Below are positions 1-9,440 of a stretch of DNA of 64,000 bases, in pieces. The notes under the pieces are model-generated. The model did no database searches and was not told the DNA's origin. It saw only the letters and a program-made list of their open reading frames with translations. The position numbers and the translations under genes are program-made. The stretch spans positions 1 to 64,000 of the forward strand of contig JAZUJW010000034.1 of NCBI GenBank assembly GCA_045642925.1. Direction: 5' to 3'. The number at the start of each line of letters is the position of its first letter. Position 1 is the first letter of the stretch. Source of the DNA: Oscillospiraceae bacterium. GTDB taxonomy: Bacteria > Bacillota > Clostridia > Oscillospirales > Ruminococcaceae.

Positions 1-225
1 GGCAGCGCCCCTGGTCGCCGACCGCAGTCGGCGAAACTCCCTGATTCGTTGTAAGGAAACAGGGGTGTTTCGCGCTCTGCGGAGCGCGACCAGGGGCGCT
101 GCCCCTGGACTCTGCCAAAGGGAATGATTCCCTTTGGAATCCTCAATAAAAGAACCGCCAACATTTTTGCAAAAAATCGAGTAAAACTTTCATTTCGCTT
201 CGCGTGCATAGCCGCTTTTGTCGGG
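1..225. repeat. Copy A of the nested-palindromic intergenic repeat family, truncated by the window edge. It has a 16-bp outer stem (cagcgcccctggtcgc / gcgaccaggggcgctg) enclosing two inner hairpins (gccgac-cgca-gtcggc; cgcgctc-tgcg-gagcgcg). It also carries the palindrome ccaaagggaatgattccctttgg and the tail aaaaaatcgagtaaaactttcatttcgcttcgcgtgcatagcc.
   Basis: Direct reading of reverse-complementary segments. Near-identical modules recur at 11670-11950, 13776-13990 and 54339-54660, and partially at 6583-6654. Confidence 0.8.
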
Positions 226-235
226 TACTGCATGA

Positions 236-1078
236 TTAATCATGTAATGGCGCCGCCTCCACAGACTCCATGTGTCGCTGTGCCACAAAATATACCACAA
301 CCTGCGGCACCATCGCCGCCGCACAGATACTCAATACCCGATTCCACGCAAACCCACTGTCCGCATCCATCGACAACTTGATGAATACCGACAACGGATA
401 CCGCATCGGCGTTTTTACATACAACAACGGCCCCATATAATCATTCACCGTCCACAAAAGCTGCAATGTCCCACACGAACACAAAACAGGCTTCAGCATC
501 GGCACCAGCACATACCACAGCGTTTGCAGCGAATTGCATCCGTCCAGCTTCGCCGCATCATCGTAACTGCGCGGTATCCCCCGCATAAACTGCATCACCG
601 CAACCACAAACACCGCATCCCCAGCCAGCGCCGCAGGCACGATCAACGGCAAATACCATGGCGAATCTATCCAGCCCAAACGATGAAATTCCACAAACTG
701 CGGCACATACAACACCGTCTGCGGCAAAAATATCGTCGCAAACAGCAGTGCCATCAGAAATTTCTTGCCGATAAACGAAAACCGCGCAAATCCATAAGCC
801 GTCAGCGTCACAGAACAAAGCGTCAGCAACACCTTCGGAATCGCAAATGCATATGTGTTTCCCATCGCACGCAAAAGATGCATCTGCCCGCCATACACCG
901 CAAATGCACTGCGCCAGCCTTCCAGCGTCGGAGAATGCGGCAAAAGGGATGCATTTGCAAAAATTTCACGATTACTGCGGAATGTCGCACTCAAAAGCCA
1001 CACAAGCGGATAAAGCATAATGCCAGCACCGACAATCAACACAGCATACCGCAAAAATATTCGCACCGCTTTTCTCAT
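236..1078 (-). CDS. Carbohydrate ABC transporter permease (MalG-like inner-membrane component)
   Basis: Polytopic membrane protein with an EAA-type motif (DDAAKLDGCNSLQTLWYVLVPMLKP). There is a 4-bp ATGA overlap with the upstream permease gene. Confidence 0.85.
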   Translation of the reverse strand: MRKAVRIFLRYAVLIVGAGIMLYPLVWLLSATFRSNREIFANASLLPHSPTLEGWRSAFAVYGGQMHLLRAMGNTYAFAIPKVLLTLCSVTLTAYGFARFSFIGKKFLMALLFATIFLPQTVLYVPQFVEFHRLGWIDSPWYLPLIVPAALAGDAVFVVAVMQFMRGIPRSYDDAAKLDGCNSLQTLWYVLVPMLKPVLCSCGTLQLLWTVNDYMGPLLYVKTPMRYPLSVFIKLSMDADSGFAWNRVLSICAAAMVPQVVVYFVAQRHMESVEAAPLHD

Positions 1079-1980
1079 TCGGCATCGCCTCCCTCACGGT
1101 AAAATACCCAGAAACGCCGTGAAAATAGCAATGCACCGCTGATAACGGCAGTCACCAGAAACAACACCCATGCCAACGCAGACGCATAACCCATTTCGTA
1201 TGCAGTAAAGGCACTGCGGTACAGCAGAAGCGAGAAAAATGTGGTTGCACCGCGTGGACCGCCGCCCGTAATGACAAACGGCGCATTGAATTCCTGCAAT
1301 GCCGCACAGCACTGCATCAGTATGTTATACCACAAAATCGGCGAAATCATCGGCAGTTTGACGTGCAATAACAGCGAAAAATGTCCTGCACCATCCAGTC
1401 GTGCGGCATCCTCCAAATCCTGCGGAATCTCCTGCAATGCCGCCAGAAACAACAGCATCGGCGAACCAAATTCCCACACGCGCAGAAGCACCAGCACCGC
1501 CATTGCACCCTGCGATGAGGAAAGCCATGGGACAACAGAAATGCCGCACTGCGCCAGCAGATGATTCACCACACCATTCTCCCGAAAGAGCGCCTTCCAT
1601 AGCACTGCCGCCGCCACAGAACCGCCCAGAATCGACGGAAGATAATAGAGTGTGCGGAAGGTGCGGATGCCGCGCACGCGCTTTGTCAGCAAAAGTGCCG
1701 TCAGCAAGGCGAACGTCAGCTTGCACGGCACGACAATGACCATATACAGTAATGTACGCCCCAAGGCGTTCAACGCTTCTGTGCTGTGCAGGATGGAATC
1801 ATAGTTGAAGAAGCCTGTTTTGGTGATGCCGCGGAACAAATGGAAATCGGTGAAGCTTTCCCGCAGAGACCACAGCATCGGAAGCGCCTGAAACAGACAA
1901 AATCCAAGCAGCCACGGCAAAATATAAAGAATATGCCGATTCCGTTTGCAGAAATCGGCGCATTTTCGAAATTGTTTCAT
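1075..1980 (-). CDS. Carbohydrate ABC transporter permease (MalF-like)
   Basis: EAA motif (EDAARLDGAGHFSLLLHVKLPMISP) and six predicted TM segments. The RBS aggggaa lies upstream of the ATG. Confidence 0.85.
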   Translation of the reverse strand: MKQFRKCADFCKRNRHILYILPWLLGFCLFQALPMLWSLRESFTDFHLFRGITKTGFFNYDSILHSTEALNALGRTLLYMVIVVPCKLTFALLTALLLTKRVRGIRTFRTLYYLPSILGGSVAAAVLWKALFRENGVVNHLLAQCGISVVPWLSSSQGAMAVLVLLRVWEFGSPMLLFLAALQEIPQDLEDAARLDGAGHFSLLLHVKLPMISPILWYNILMQCCAALQEFNAPFVITGGGPRGATTFFSLLLYRSAFTAYEMGYASALAWVLFLVTAVISGALLFSRRFWVFYREGGDAE

Positions 1981-1992
1981 ATATTCCCCTGT

Positions 1993-3087
1993 TCAGCATA
2001 CTTCGCGGCACTGACGCATCGCTTTTTCCGTCCGCAGCCGTTCTGCATAAGCACACATCCATGCCCCGACACCCTTCGGGTCATTGTCTGCAATCGGTTC
2101 GGACAGATAGTAGGCATTGCTTCCATCGCGGCATCGTGTGCCGCCCAAGCCTGCCGCACTGCATATGTCATGCAGCTTTCCGTCCGAAAACTTCGTGCGT
2201 TCGATGGTTTCCAGCATTTCCAGTCCGATTCGGCGCTCATCTGACGAAAAAACGCCCAGTTCAGCGCCGCGCAGAAGCGTGTAGGCAATCATGCAGTTGC
2301 CTGACGTTTCGATGTAGTTGCCGTCCATATGCGGGCGGTCAATGACCTGACAGAGCAAGCCGTTTTCCGCACGATATCCAAGCAGATGTGTCATGGCATC
2401 ACACAGCATCTCGCTGAGTTCCCGCCGCAGTGCATTTTGTGCGGGCGGCAGAAGCGCAAGCGTATCGACCAGCGCCATCAACAGCCATCCTTCCCCGCGC
2501 AGCCAGAATGTCGAAGAAAGCCCCGTCTGCGGATTTGCCCAGATCTGCGTTCGGGTTTCATCCATGCCGTGGTAGTAGAGTCCGCTTTCTGCATCCTGCA
2601 TTTGCTTTTGCACATAGGCAAACCGCATTCGGATATCATCATAAAACAAAGCATTTTCAGCGAAATTTGCATATTCCGCAAGAAATGGCTCTGACATATA
2701 CAGTCCGTCAATCCAGATTTGTTCAGGGTAGATCTGCTTGTGCCAGCAAAGACCGCTTCGCGTGCGCGGATGTGCCGCAAGCTGGGCAGTCTGCCAGTCC
2801 AGCGCTTTGCGGTAGCGCAGTTCGTGCGTCAGTTCATACGCAAAAAACAGCGCCTTGCTGCAATGGAAACTGTCCAGACTATGTGCATCCGTCGGGTAGC
2901 TTGGGAGCGTTCCGTCCGCCATGACACGCGGAGAAAGATAGTTCAGGACAAAATCGGCATAAAAGCGTTCTTTTTCAACCGCATACAATCTGCGGCATCC
3001 CATCAGCACACAGCCGTCCTCATAATTCCAATAATTCTTGAACGGCTGATATTCATTCAGGTATTGCTGAAAAAATTGTTCCGACAT
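1993..3087 (-). CDS. Unsaturated rhamnogalacturonyl/glucuronyl hydrolase (glycoside hydrolase family 105/88-like), cytoplasmic
   Basis: About 360 aa with no signal peptide and a YteR/YesR-like alpha6/alpha6-barrel sequence signature. The RBS gggagaaa lies 7 nt upstream of ATG 3087. It is embedded in the sugar ABC operon. Confidence 0.6.
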   Translation of the reverse strand: MSEQFFQQYLNEYQPFKNYWNYEDGCVLMGCRRLYAVEKERFYADFVLNYLSPRVMADGTLPSYPTDAHSLDSFHCSKALFFAYELTHELRYRKALDWQTAQLAAHPRTRSGLCWHKQIYPEQIWIDGLYMSEPFLAEYANFAENALFYDDIRMRFAYVQKQMQDAESGLYYHGMDETRTQIWANPQTGLSSTFWLRGEGWLLMALVDTLALLPPAQNALRRELSEMLCDAMTHLLGYRAENGLLCQVIDRPHMDGNYIETSGNCMIAYTLLRGAELGVFSSDERRIGLEMLETIERTKFSDGKLHDICSAAGLGGTRCRDGSNAYYLSEPIADNDPKGVGAWMCAYAERLRTEKAMRQCREVC

Positions 3088-4382
3088 AATGTTTCTCCCG
3101 CAAGGACAGTCTGAATTCCGACATACAGTCGTTCTGCCGCTTGAGAAACCGAATAATCACCATAGCTGAGTCCCGTGAACACGTCCTCGTAGACACCGTT
3201 CACGCCTTTGAGTGCTGCATTTTCAAAATCGGATTGCATTTGGAAGCAGTTCCACGCCTGCATACGGCGATTTGCTTCCGCGGTCATGTCCCCAAACAGT
3301 CCCGCCTCGTCACAGATTTGATAAGCTGCATGATTCAGCGGCACGCCGCGCTCTGTACCGAGCGTTTTGACGGCAGATTCCGCTTGCAGCAGATATTGTA
3401 TCAGCATCGCACAGGCATCGGGCGACTGCGTGTGCTTGGAAATGGCGAATCCAAGAGCAATTTTAGAAAATCCGCCGTGGTATGCACCGAGGTCTGTGAA
3501 GTAGTCGCCCACCGTGAGGGCTTGCCCATCCGCAAGTGCATCCTGAAATTTGCCGGCAGAGGAATCCCATTCGAAAATCCCTGCATAGCGCCCTTCGATC
3601 CAGTTTTCGTCTTTGTCGAAGCTATCCGCACCGCCGTCTGCAATTTTTGAAAGCGGCGGAATGACATGATTTTTTTCCATGTCATCCAGCATGGCGAGTC
3701 CTGCGGCAAGTTCTTCCTGCGAATATTGCAGTTTGCCGTCTGCCGTCCACTCACGCCCGTACTGTGATTGCAGCAGATACACCAAAAACAGCATTCGGTC
3801 ATACCAACCGAGTGCCAGTGGATAATATGCATCGCCAAGCTGCGACTGAAAGACCGTACCCGCCGCCTGCAAATCAGCAAAGGAAGCAGGGATATCCAGT
3901 CCAGCCGCCGCAAACGTGTCTGCATTCCAGAAAAATACACGTCCTGTCATGCTCACAGGCAGACAGCAGAGCGCATCGTCTACAGTACAAAGCGACAGCG
4001 CATCCGTGTCATACTGGGCTAAATCAAGAAATTCCGTCATTTCATTCAGGTCAAGGAAACCGCTTTGCGCCGAAGTGAAATCGGCAAGCCAATTCTGGTT
4101 GACTTGCAGGACATCCGCCTCGGTTTCAGCATATACGGCGGCGGCGGTCGCTTCCTCCCACCCATTCCAAGCGCCGTACTCGCACTCCACACGGATTTCG
4201 GGATGCTCCGCCATAAACTGTGAAACTGCATTCATGGTTGCACGATGTCTTGCGTCCCCGCCCCACCACGAAAAACGAATCATCGTTTGTGCAGGATCCG
4301 GCGTTTGCGCACAGCCCATGCAGGAGAGCATGGATGCAGCCAATGCAGCAGCCATGCAAGCCGCCCCCAAACGTCTACGCAT
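3057..4382 (-). CDS. Extracellular solute-binding lipoprotein (sugar ABC transporter substrate-binding protein, family 1)
   Basis: N-terminal signal peptide with a lipobox (LSCMGC) and the typical SBP_bac_1 motif (IRFSWWGGDARH). It is the first gene of the minus-strand operon. Its 3' end overlaps the GH105 start by 31 bp. Confidence 0.8.
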   Translation of the reverse strand: MRRRLGAACMAAALAASMLSCMGCAQTPDPAQTMIRFSWWGGDARHRATMNAVSQFMAEHPEIRVECEYGAWNGWEEATAAAVYAETEADVLQVNQNWLADFTSAQSGFLDLNEMTEFLDLAQYDTDALSLCTVDDALCCLPVSMTGRVFFWNADTFAAAGLDIPASFADLQAAGTVFQSQLGDAYYPLALGWYDRMLFLVYLLQSQYGREWTADGKLQYSQEELAAGLAMLDDMEKNHVIPPLSKIADGGADSFDKDENWIEGRYAGIFEWDSSAGKFQDALADGQALTVGDYFTDLGAYHGGFSKIALGFAISKHTQSPDACAMLIQYLLQAESAVKTLGTERGVPLNHAAYQICDEAGLFGDMTAEANRRMQAWNCFQMQSDFENAALKGVNGVYEDVFTGLSYGDYSVSQAAERLYVGIQTVLAGETLCRNNFFSNT

Positions 4383-4670
4383 TGCATCACCGCTTTTTAA
4401 GATTCTTCATTTATTATACTGAATTTTCACAGAAATGTCAATGTGGTATTATCCTCGAAAACTGACACATTTTATGGCAGAAGTGCCTATGTATCAGACA
4501 AAAAGAAAGGTATATACCATTATTTTATCATCAGAACTAATTATGAAACGAAAGAAGATACTAAGAATTTCTTAAGATTTACGAATAAAAAAATAACTGT
4601 TTATTTTCAACAGATTCTTTTGCGAATATCTTTCAATAAACACCGAACACCCAAAAATGATGAAAATGGA

Positions 4671-4699
4671 TTGACATGCGCAAAAGAATTGATTATAAT
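4671..4699 (+). promoter_or_regulatory. Consensus sigma-A promoter (TTGACA - 17 nt - TATAAT) driving the dockerin/LRR gene
   Basis: TTGACA at 4671-4676, a 17-nt spacer and TATAAT at 4694-4699, about 45 nt upstream of ATG 4745, within an AT-rich 300-bp intergenic region. Confidence 0.7.
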
Positions 4700-4744
4700 A
4701 TAATCGATGCATCAAACAATACACAATTAGGAGTGAAAATTACA

Positions 4745-6505
4745 ATGAATATTATGAAAAAAGCAGCAACCGCTGCCCTCGCGCTCACTTTGACCATGAG
4801 CGCAGCCGTCAGCACCGTAGACAGCCTTTCCGCTATTAAAGCATCCGCTTTCTATTCGAAGGGCTATTCCATGATGAGCATTCGTCAGAACTGGACACAG
4901 TTCCAGAATGAAGAAATGGCAAAGTTCCCCCAGACCAAAAACGGCAAGCAGTGCTATTGGAACAGCGGCAATCCCAATTCTTATACCCAGACTGCAAACG
5001 GTGCAAAAGACAATTCCTTCACCGCTCCGTTCCAATATTTTGATGGTTCTACCTTCAAATTCTCTGATAACCGCTATATCGTAGGTGTCATGGAGCCGAC
5101 AGACGGTTTTGCTGCAAAGCTGCAGTCCGACCTCTTCCAGACTCCGTTCATGGCACGTACCGAAATTTCCAGTTGTCAGTACACTGCCGTAGACGGCAAG
5201 AAATACCTCTATGAGCCGCGTATCGGTGACGTTGTCAGCATTACCGTTGGCAACAGATACTATTCTGTTTTCGTCACATATGTCAGCGGCAACACCGTAA
5301 AAGTTACTTACTGCGATGGCAACAACAGCTGTGCAATCCACTGGAATGTCAGCTCGATTGACGGCAAAACCATCACAACTGCATACTTGCAGAGCTATGC
5401 TGACTGGTTCGACCGTCCTCTGACCTGCGGCGACCTGAACCTTGACAACAAGATCACCTCTGCCGATGCAACGATTTTCGACACCACAATGGGTACTTAC
5501 GGCAACACCATCGGCGATTGCCCGCGTGCTGTATACGATGTCAACAACGACAACAGAGTTGACGAGAAGGACAGCAATGCAATCCGTTACACCAGCAGCA
5601 TCGAGACAATTCCGATCGCACAGGATGACGTTACCTCTTATCGTTGGAATGAGATGGATTCCAATGGCTTCCGTTTCTCTGACGGCAGCTACTACATCAA
5701 GAATTCCAGCGGCGGTGTTACCTTCCTTGGTTTGAGCGATTCGACCGTGAAGAACTACACCATGATGAGCCGTGTATACAACAGCAACGACAAGAAGTAT
5801 TATGATGTTACTGAAATCGGCTATTCCGGTCTGAGAGGCCCGTCGAATTCGGCACTGAAGAATATTTCGACGCTGACGATCGCTCCTACCGTAAAGAAGA
5901 TCAACAGCTATGCATTCTACAACTGCAACCTGACCGAACTGAAGATTCCGACGAACTCGGAACTGACATACATTGACAACTACGCTTTCAATGGCGCTCA
6001 CGTTTCGAAGCTTGACCTCTCTAGCGCAACCAAGCTGACCTCTGTTGGTACTTATGTATTTGCCAACAACACCTCTCTGATCAATCTGACACTGCCGTAC
6101 AGCCTGGTATCTCTCAATACCGGTGCTTGCTCCAACTGCAACCAGCTGACGCAGGTAACAGTAATGGGTGACAGATATCATTATTCTCCTCTGAAGGAGA
6201 TCGGCAACTATGCATTTGAAGGCTGCACGCAGCTCAGACGCATTGACCTGCCGAACAACAACGGCACACTGAAGCTTGGTTTGAGTGCAGCGACATTCTC
6301 CAGCAATCCGATGAATGTCTGCACGCTGTATCTGCCGAATGATACTGGTACGGCAAGAACCATCGTGCTGAGAGGCAATGATGTGACGCTGTTCAAGAAC
6401 AGAAAGCTTCTGATCAACTGTGGCAGATGCATCATCAAGGATCAGTACGGCAATGAACTTGGCCGCAACAATTCCATCAGCAACACCACAGTTACCCCTC
6501 GATAA
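4745..6505 (+). CDS. Secreted cellulosomal protein with an N-terminal CHAP-like (possibly inactive) domain, a central type-I dockerin and C-terminal BspA-type leucine-rich repeats
   Basis: A signal peptide (MNIMKKAATAALALTLTMSAAVS) follows the RBS aggagtg. The dockerin Ca-binding repeats GDLNLDNKITSADATIF and YDVNNDNRVDEKDSNAIRY lie at about 5427-5600. LRRs (LTELKIP...YIDNYAFNG...) lie at about 5850-6400. It is a paralogue of the 13992-15782 gene. The start was moved from ORF-track 4676 to the first ATG behind a good RBS. Confidence 0.75.
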   Translation: MNIMKKAATAALALTLTMSAAVSTVDSLSAIKASAFYSKGYSMMSIRQNWTQFQNEEMAKFPQTKNGKQCYWNSGNPNSYTQTANGAKDNSFTAPFQYFDGSTFKFSDNRYIVGVMEPTDGFAAKLQSDLFQTPFMARTEISSCQYTAVDGKKYLYEPRIGDVVSITVGNRYYSVFVTYVSGNTVKVTYCDGNNSCAIHWNVSSIDGKTITTAYLQSYADWFDRPLTCGDLNLDNKITSADATIFDTTMGTYGNTIGDCPRAVYDVNNDNRVDEKDSNAIRYTSSIETIPIAQDDVTSYRWNEMDSNGFRFSDGSYYIKNSSGGVTFLGLSDSTVKNYTMMSRVYNSNDKKYYDVTEIGYSGLRGPSNSALKNISTLTIAPTVKKINSYAFYNCNLTELKIPTNSELTYIDNYAFNGAHVSKLDLSSATKLTSVGTYVFANNTSLINLTLPYSLVSLNTGACSNCNQLTQVTVMGDRYHYSPLKEIGNYAFEGCTQLRRIDLPNNNGTLKLGLSAATFSSNPMNVCTLYLPNDTGTARTIVLRGNDVTLFKNRKLLINCGRCIIKDQYGNELGRNNSISNTTVTPR

Positions 6506-6523
6506 TCGCGTAAAATGATGAAG

Positions 6524-6555
6524 GCCTGCCGCAAAAGCGGCAGGCTTTCTGTTAT
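6524..6555 (+). terminator. Rho-independent terminator after the dockerin/LRR gene
   Basis: Hairpin gcctgccgc-aaaa-gcggcaggc followed by TTTCT. Confidence 0.7.
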
Positions 6556-6582
6556 GTCAATATAAGGATGAGGAGTTCAGGG

Positions 6583-6654
6583 AGAATTGATTCCCTTTGG
6601 AATCCTCATGATGGGGCGCGGGATATGCTTTCCATTTCCTTTGGAATCATTACG
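6583..6654. repeat. Partial copy of the repeat-family module (gattccctttggaatcctc ... tttcctttggaatcatt)
   Basis: Shares the ccctttggaatcctc module with copies at 121-146 and 54339-54375. Confidence 0.5.
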
Positions 6655-6659
6655 AAAAA

Positions 6660-6695
6660 CCCGCCGTCATTTCTATGACAGCGGGTTTTCATTAC
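6660..6695. terminator. Probable bidirectional terminator hairpin between convergent genes
   Basis: Hairpin cccgccgtcat-ttct-atgacagcggg flanked by A-run / T-run (aaaaac ... ttttc). Confidence 0.5.
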
Positions 6696-6702
6696 TTCGG
6701 TA

Positions 6703-6945
6703 TTACGGCTCAATCGTATAAAGCTCTGCCGCGTTTTCCTTCGTCACATACTCCGTAATCGCTGTGACCTTCACACGCATCGTCCTCGCACCAAGGGTAA
6801 TCGCTATCACATCTCCCAGCTTTACTTCATAGGAGGCACGCGCAACATTCCCATTCACCGTCACCCTGCCTGCATCACAAGCTTCATTCGCAACGGTTCG
6901 GCGCTTCATCAGCCGCGAAACCTTCAGATACTTGTCAAGCCGCAT
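6703..6945 (-). CDS. yabO: S4-domain RNA-binding protein (YabO/Hsp15-like)
   Basis: 80 aa with an S4 fold signature (MRLDKYLKVSRLMKRRTVANEACDAGRVTVNG). It follows hup by 1 bp. The mazG-hup-yabO arrangement is conserved in Firmicutes. Confidence 0.75.
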   Translation of the reverse strand: MRLDKYLKVSRLMKRRTVANEACDAGRVTVNGNVARASYEVKLGDVIAITLGARTMRVKVTAITEYVTKENAAELYTIEP

Positions 6946-6946
6946 C

Positions 6947-7222
6947 TTATTTGTTGACGGCTTCCTTCAGTGTCTTAGATGCACGGAAAGCAGGTGCCTT
7001 CTTTGCAGGTGTGGTCATCGGCTTGCCTGTACGCGGATTCTTCGTTTCCTTTGCCTTGCGCTCATGAATCTCAAAAGTACCAAAGCCGGTCAGGTGCACT
7101 TTCTCACCAGCCATCAGAGATTCTACGAGAACTTCCGTGACGAGGGTCAAAGCCTCATCTGCTTCCTTACGGGTGCACTTACCCTTCTGTGCCAACGCAG
7201 TAATCAGTTCAATCTTAGTCAT
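6947..7222 (-). CDS. hup: DNA-binding protein HU
   Basis: 91 aa with the canonical HU sequence (MTKIELITALAQKGK...GFGTFEIHERKAKETKNPRTGKPMT). The RBS ggagga is present. Confidence 0.95.
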   Translation of the reverse strand: MTKIELITALAQKGKCTRKEADEALTLVTEVLVESLMAGEKVHLTGFGTFEIHERKAKETKNPRTGKPMTTPAKKAPAFRASKTLKEAVNK

Positions 7223-7336
7223 GTTAATACATCCTCCACATTTCGCTTTTTTCTCTGCACATATATACGTTTGCAGTGAAGTGCGTGAATCGCACTCCTG
7301 CTCTATTCAAACCGCTAAAGCGGAAAGAGCCTTGTT

Positions 7337-8161
7337 TCACGGCGTTTCTGTTTCTTTCGCCTTCGCCCAATAAGTATCAAGGATTTCAAGTGAAAGGTCA
7401 GGCATATCCTTTCCTTCTTCACGCACCAGCGCTTCTGTTTTTGCAAAACGGCTCTTAAACTTCTCAGAAGAAGCACGAAGCGCGGTCTCTGCATCAATGC
7501 CCAGCTTTCGCGCAACATTGACCACAGAAAATAACAGGTCCCCCAGTTCAGCTTCCATTTGTGCCTTGTCCCCTGCCTGCATCGCTTCCCGCAATTCCTG
7601 CGTTTCACTTTCAATGCATGGGAAGGCGGCTTCTGCACTGTCCCAGTCCATTCCTGCACGACCTGCACGCTTTCCCAGCTTCTGCGCATACATCAGTGCC
7701 GGAAGTGCTTTGCACACGCCTTCCAGCGTGTCCGTGTAAGTCGTCTGTTCCTTGGTCTGCTTCTTGATGGCATCCCAGTTCTTGAGTACCTCACCGCTGT
7801 CCGAAACTGTCACATCGCCAAATACATGAGGATGGCGGATAATCAGCTTGCGGCAAAGTTCATCACAGATATCATCGAACTCAAAATGTTCCTGTTCTGC
7901 TTCGATTTCACAGTGGAAAACAACTTGCAGCAGGACATCGCCAAGTTCTTCGCGCATCATCGGAACACTTTCCGCATCAATCGCCTCGATCGCTTCATAG
8001 CATTCTTCGAGGAAATCAGCACGGATGCTTGCGTGTGTCTGTTCCTTATCCCACGGACAGCCGTTTTCGCTCCGCAAGATTTTCATAACCGCCAGCAATT
8101 CCTGAATGCCGTAATGCGGCAGATTTTTCAGCGCGTCTACAGAAATGTCTGTCTGACTCAT
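7337..8161 (-). CDS. mazG: Nucleoside triphosphate pyrophosphohydrolase MazG
   Basis: Tandem MazG domains (EELGDVLLQVVFH ... ELGDLLFSVVNVARKLGID). The RBS gaggtaa is present. Confidence 0.9.
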   Translation of the reverse strand: MSQTDISVDALKNLPHYGIQELLAVMKILRSENGCPWDKEQTHASIRADFLEECYEAIEAIDAESVPMMREELGDVLLQVVFHCEIEAEQEHFEFDDICDELCRKLIIRHPHVFGDVTVSDSGEVLKNWDAIKKQTKEQTTYTDTLEGVCKALPALMYAQKLGKRAGRAGMDWDSAEAAFPCIESETQELREAMQAGDKAQMEAELGDLLFSVVNVARKLGIDAETALRASSEKFKSRFAKTEALVREEGKDMPDLSLEILDTYWAKAKETETP

Positions 8162-8405
8162 AATGGTATTATATTACCTCACTTTTCACGAAAATGCAAG
8201 CTTTTTTTGATATTTTTCTTGAATTTTCAAGATTCGTCAAAAAGCAGGACATTTTCAAACGGTTTTCCTGTCAAAATTCACAAGCGTATTATTATATAAT
8301 ATAACCATATGTGAATTTCAAAGTTTTTTCTAAATTCGCATAGAATCGGATTAAGTTGCGAATACAAATTAAGGCAACATCGCACAGTACAGACTGTATT
8401 GTATT

Positions 8406-9416
8406 TTACTTGCGGTCAATAAAGCCGACTCTGCGGTAGATTTTGGACATCAGCGGTCTGGTCAGACGGAATGCCTGTTCACTGCCCGCGTCAATGCAGG
8501 CGTTCAGGTATGCCTTATCTGCGGAAAGACGTGCGAATTCTTCGCGGACAGGCGCAAGATGGTCTGCGACTGCCTCACCGACTGCGGTCTTGAAGTCGCC
8601 GTAGCCCTTGCCTGCAAATTCCGCTTCGATCTCCTCCATCGTCTTGCCTGTGACACTGCCGTAAATCGACATGAGGTTGTTGATGCCGTCTTTGCCTTCG
8701 CGGTAGCAGACTTCTGCGTCCGAATCGGTCACTGCACGGCGGAATTTACGCAAGATCGTATCTTTGTCATCAAGGATGAACACGCTTGCGTTGGCGTTGT
8801 CATCGGACTTGGACATTTTTTTGCTAGGATCCTGCAAGGACATGACACGCGCACCCATCGGCGGGATGTACGGATCAGGGACAGTAAATGTATCACCAAA
8901 GCGCTGATTGAAACGGATGGCGATGTTGCGGGCGAGTTCAAGGTGCTGTTTCTGGTCTGCGCCGATCGGTACGAGGTCGGCATTGTATGCCAGAATGTCT
9001 GCCGCCATCAAAACAGGGTAGGTAAACAGACCTGCATTGATGTTGTCGGCATGACGGGCGCTCTTGTCTTTAAACTGCGTCATTCTGCCAAGTTCTCCGA
9101 ACATGGTCGAGCAAGAAAGTACCCAGCTCAGTTCGGCGTGATGGGGATTACGGCTCTGAACGAATGCGACACTTTTCTGCGGGTCGATACCGCAGGCAAG
9201 CATCAGCGCATACGAACGCATCGTGCTTGCACGCAGGTCAGCAGGCTTCTGCATGACCGTGATGGCATGGAGGTCTACGATGCAGTAGATGCACTCATAA
9301 TCCTCCTGAAGCTGTTTCCAGTTGCGTACAGCACCGATGTAATTGCCGAGCGTGAAAACGCCCGTTGGCTGAATGCCGCTGAAAATGCGTTTTTTCTTAG
9401 GTTCCTGTTCGGGCAT
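8406..9416 (-). CDS. trpS: Tryptophan--tRNA ligase
   Basis: Class I aaRS with a HIGH-like motif (TLGNYIGAVRNW) and KMSKS. 336 aa is typical of TrpRS. Confidence 0.9.
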   Translation of the reverse strand: MPEQEPKKKRIFSGIQPTGVFTLGNYIGAVRNWKQLQEDYECIYCIVDLHAITVMQKPADLRASTMRSYALMLACGIDPQKSVAFVQSRNPHHAELSWVLSCSTMFGELGRMTQFKDKSARHADNINAGLFTYPVLMAADILAYNADLVPIGADQKQHLELARNIAIRFNQRFGDTFTVPDPYIPPMGARVMSLQDPSKKMSKSDDNANASVFILDDKDTILRKFRRAVTDSDAEVCYREGKDGINNLMSIYGSVTGKTMEEIEAEFAGKGYGDFKTAVGEAVADHLAPVREEFARLSADKAYLNACIDAGSEQAFRLTRPLMSKIYRRVGFIDRK

Positions 9417-9440
9417 TTGAAAATAGTCCTTTCGTCTGGG

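Noticed and set aside
124-381. 85-aa ORF starting inside repeat copy A
   Set aside because: It runs through the palindromic repeat and into the permease gene on the opposite strand. It is Pro-rich with no RBS.
4727-6181. 484-aa ORF on the minus strand
   Set aside because: It is antisense to the dockerin/LRR gene 4745-6505. It has no RBS and is Val/Cys/Arg-rich.
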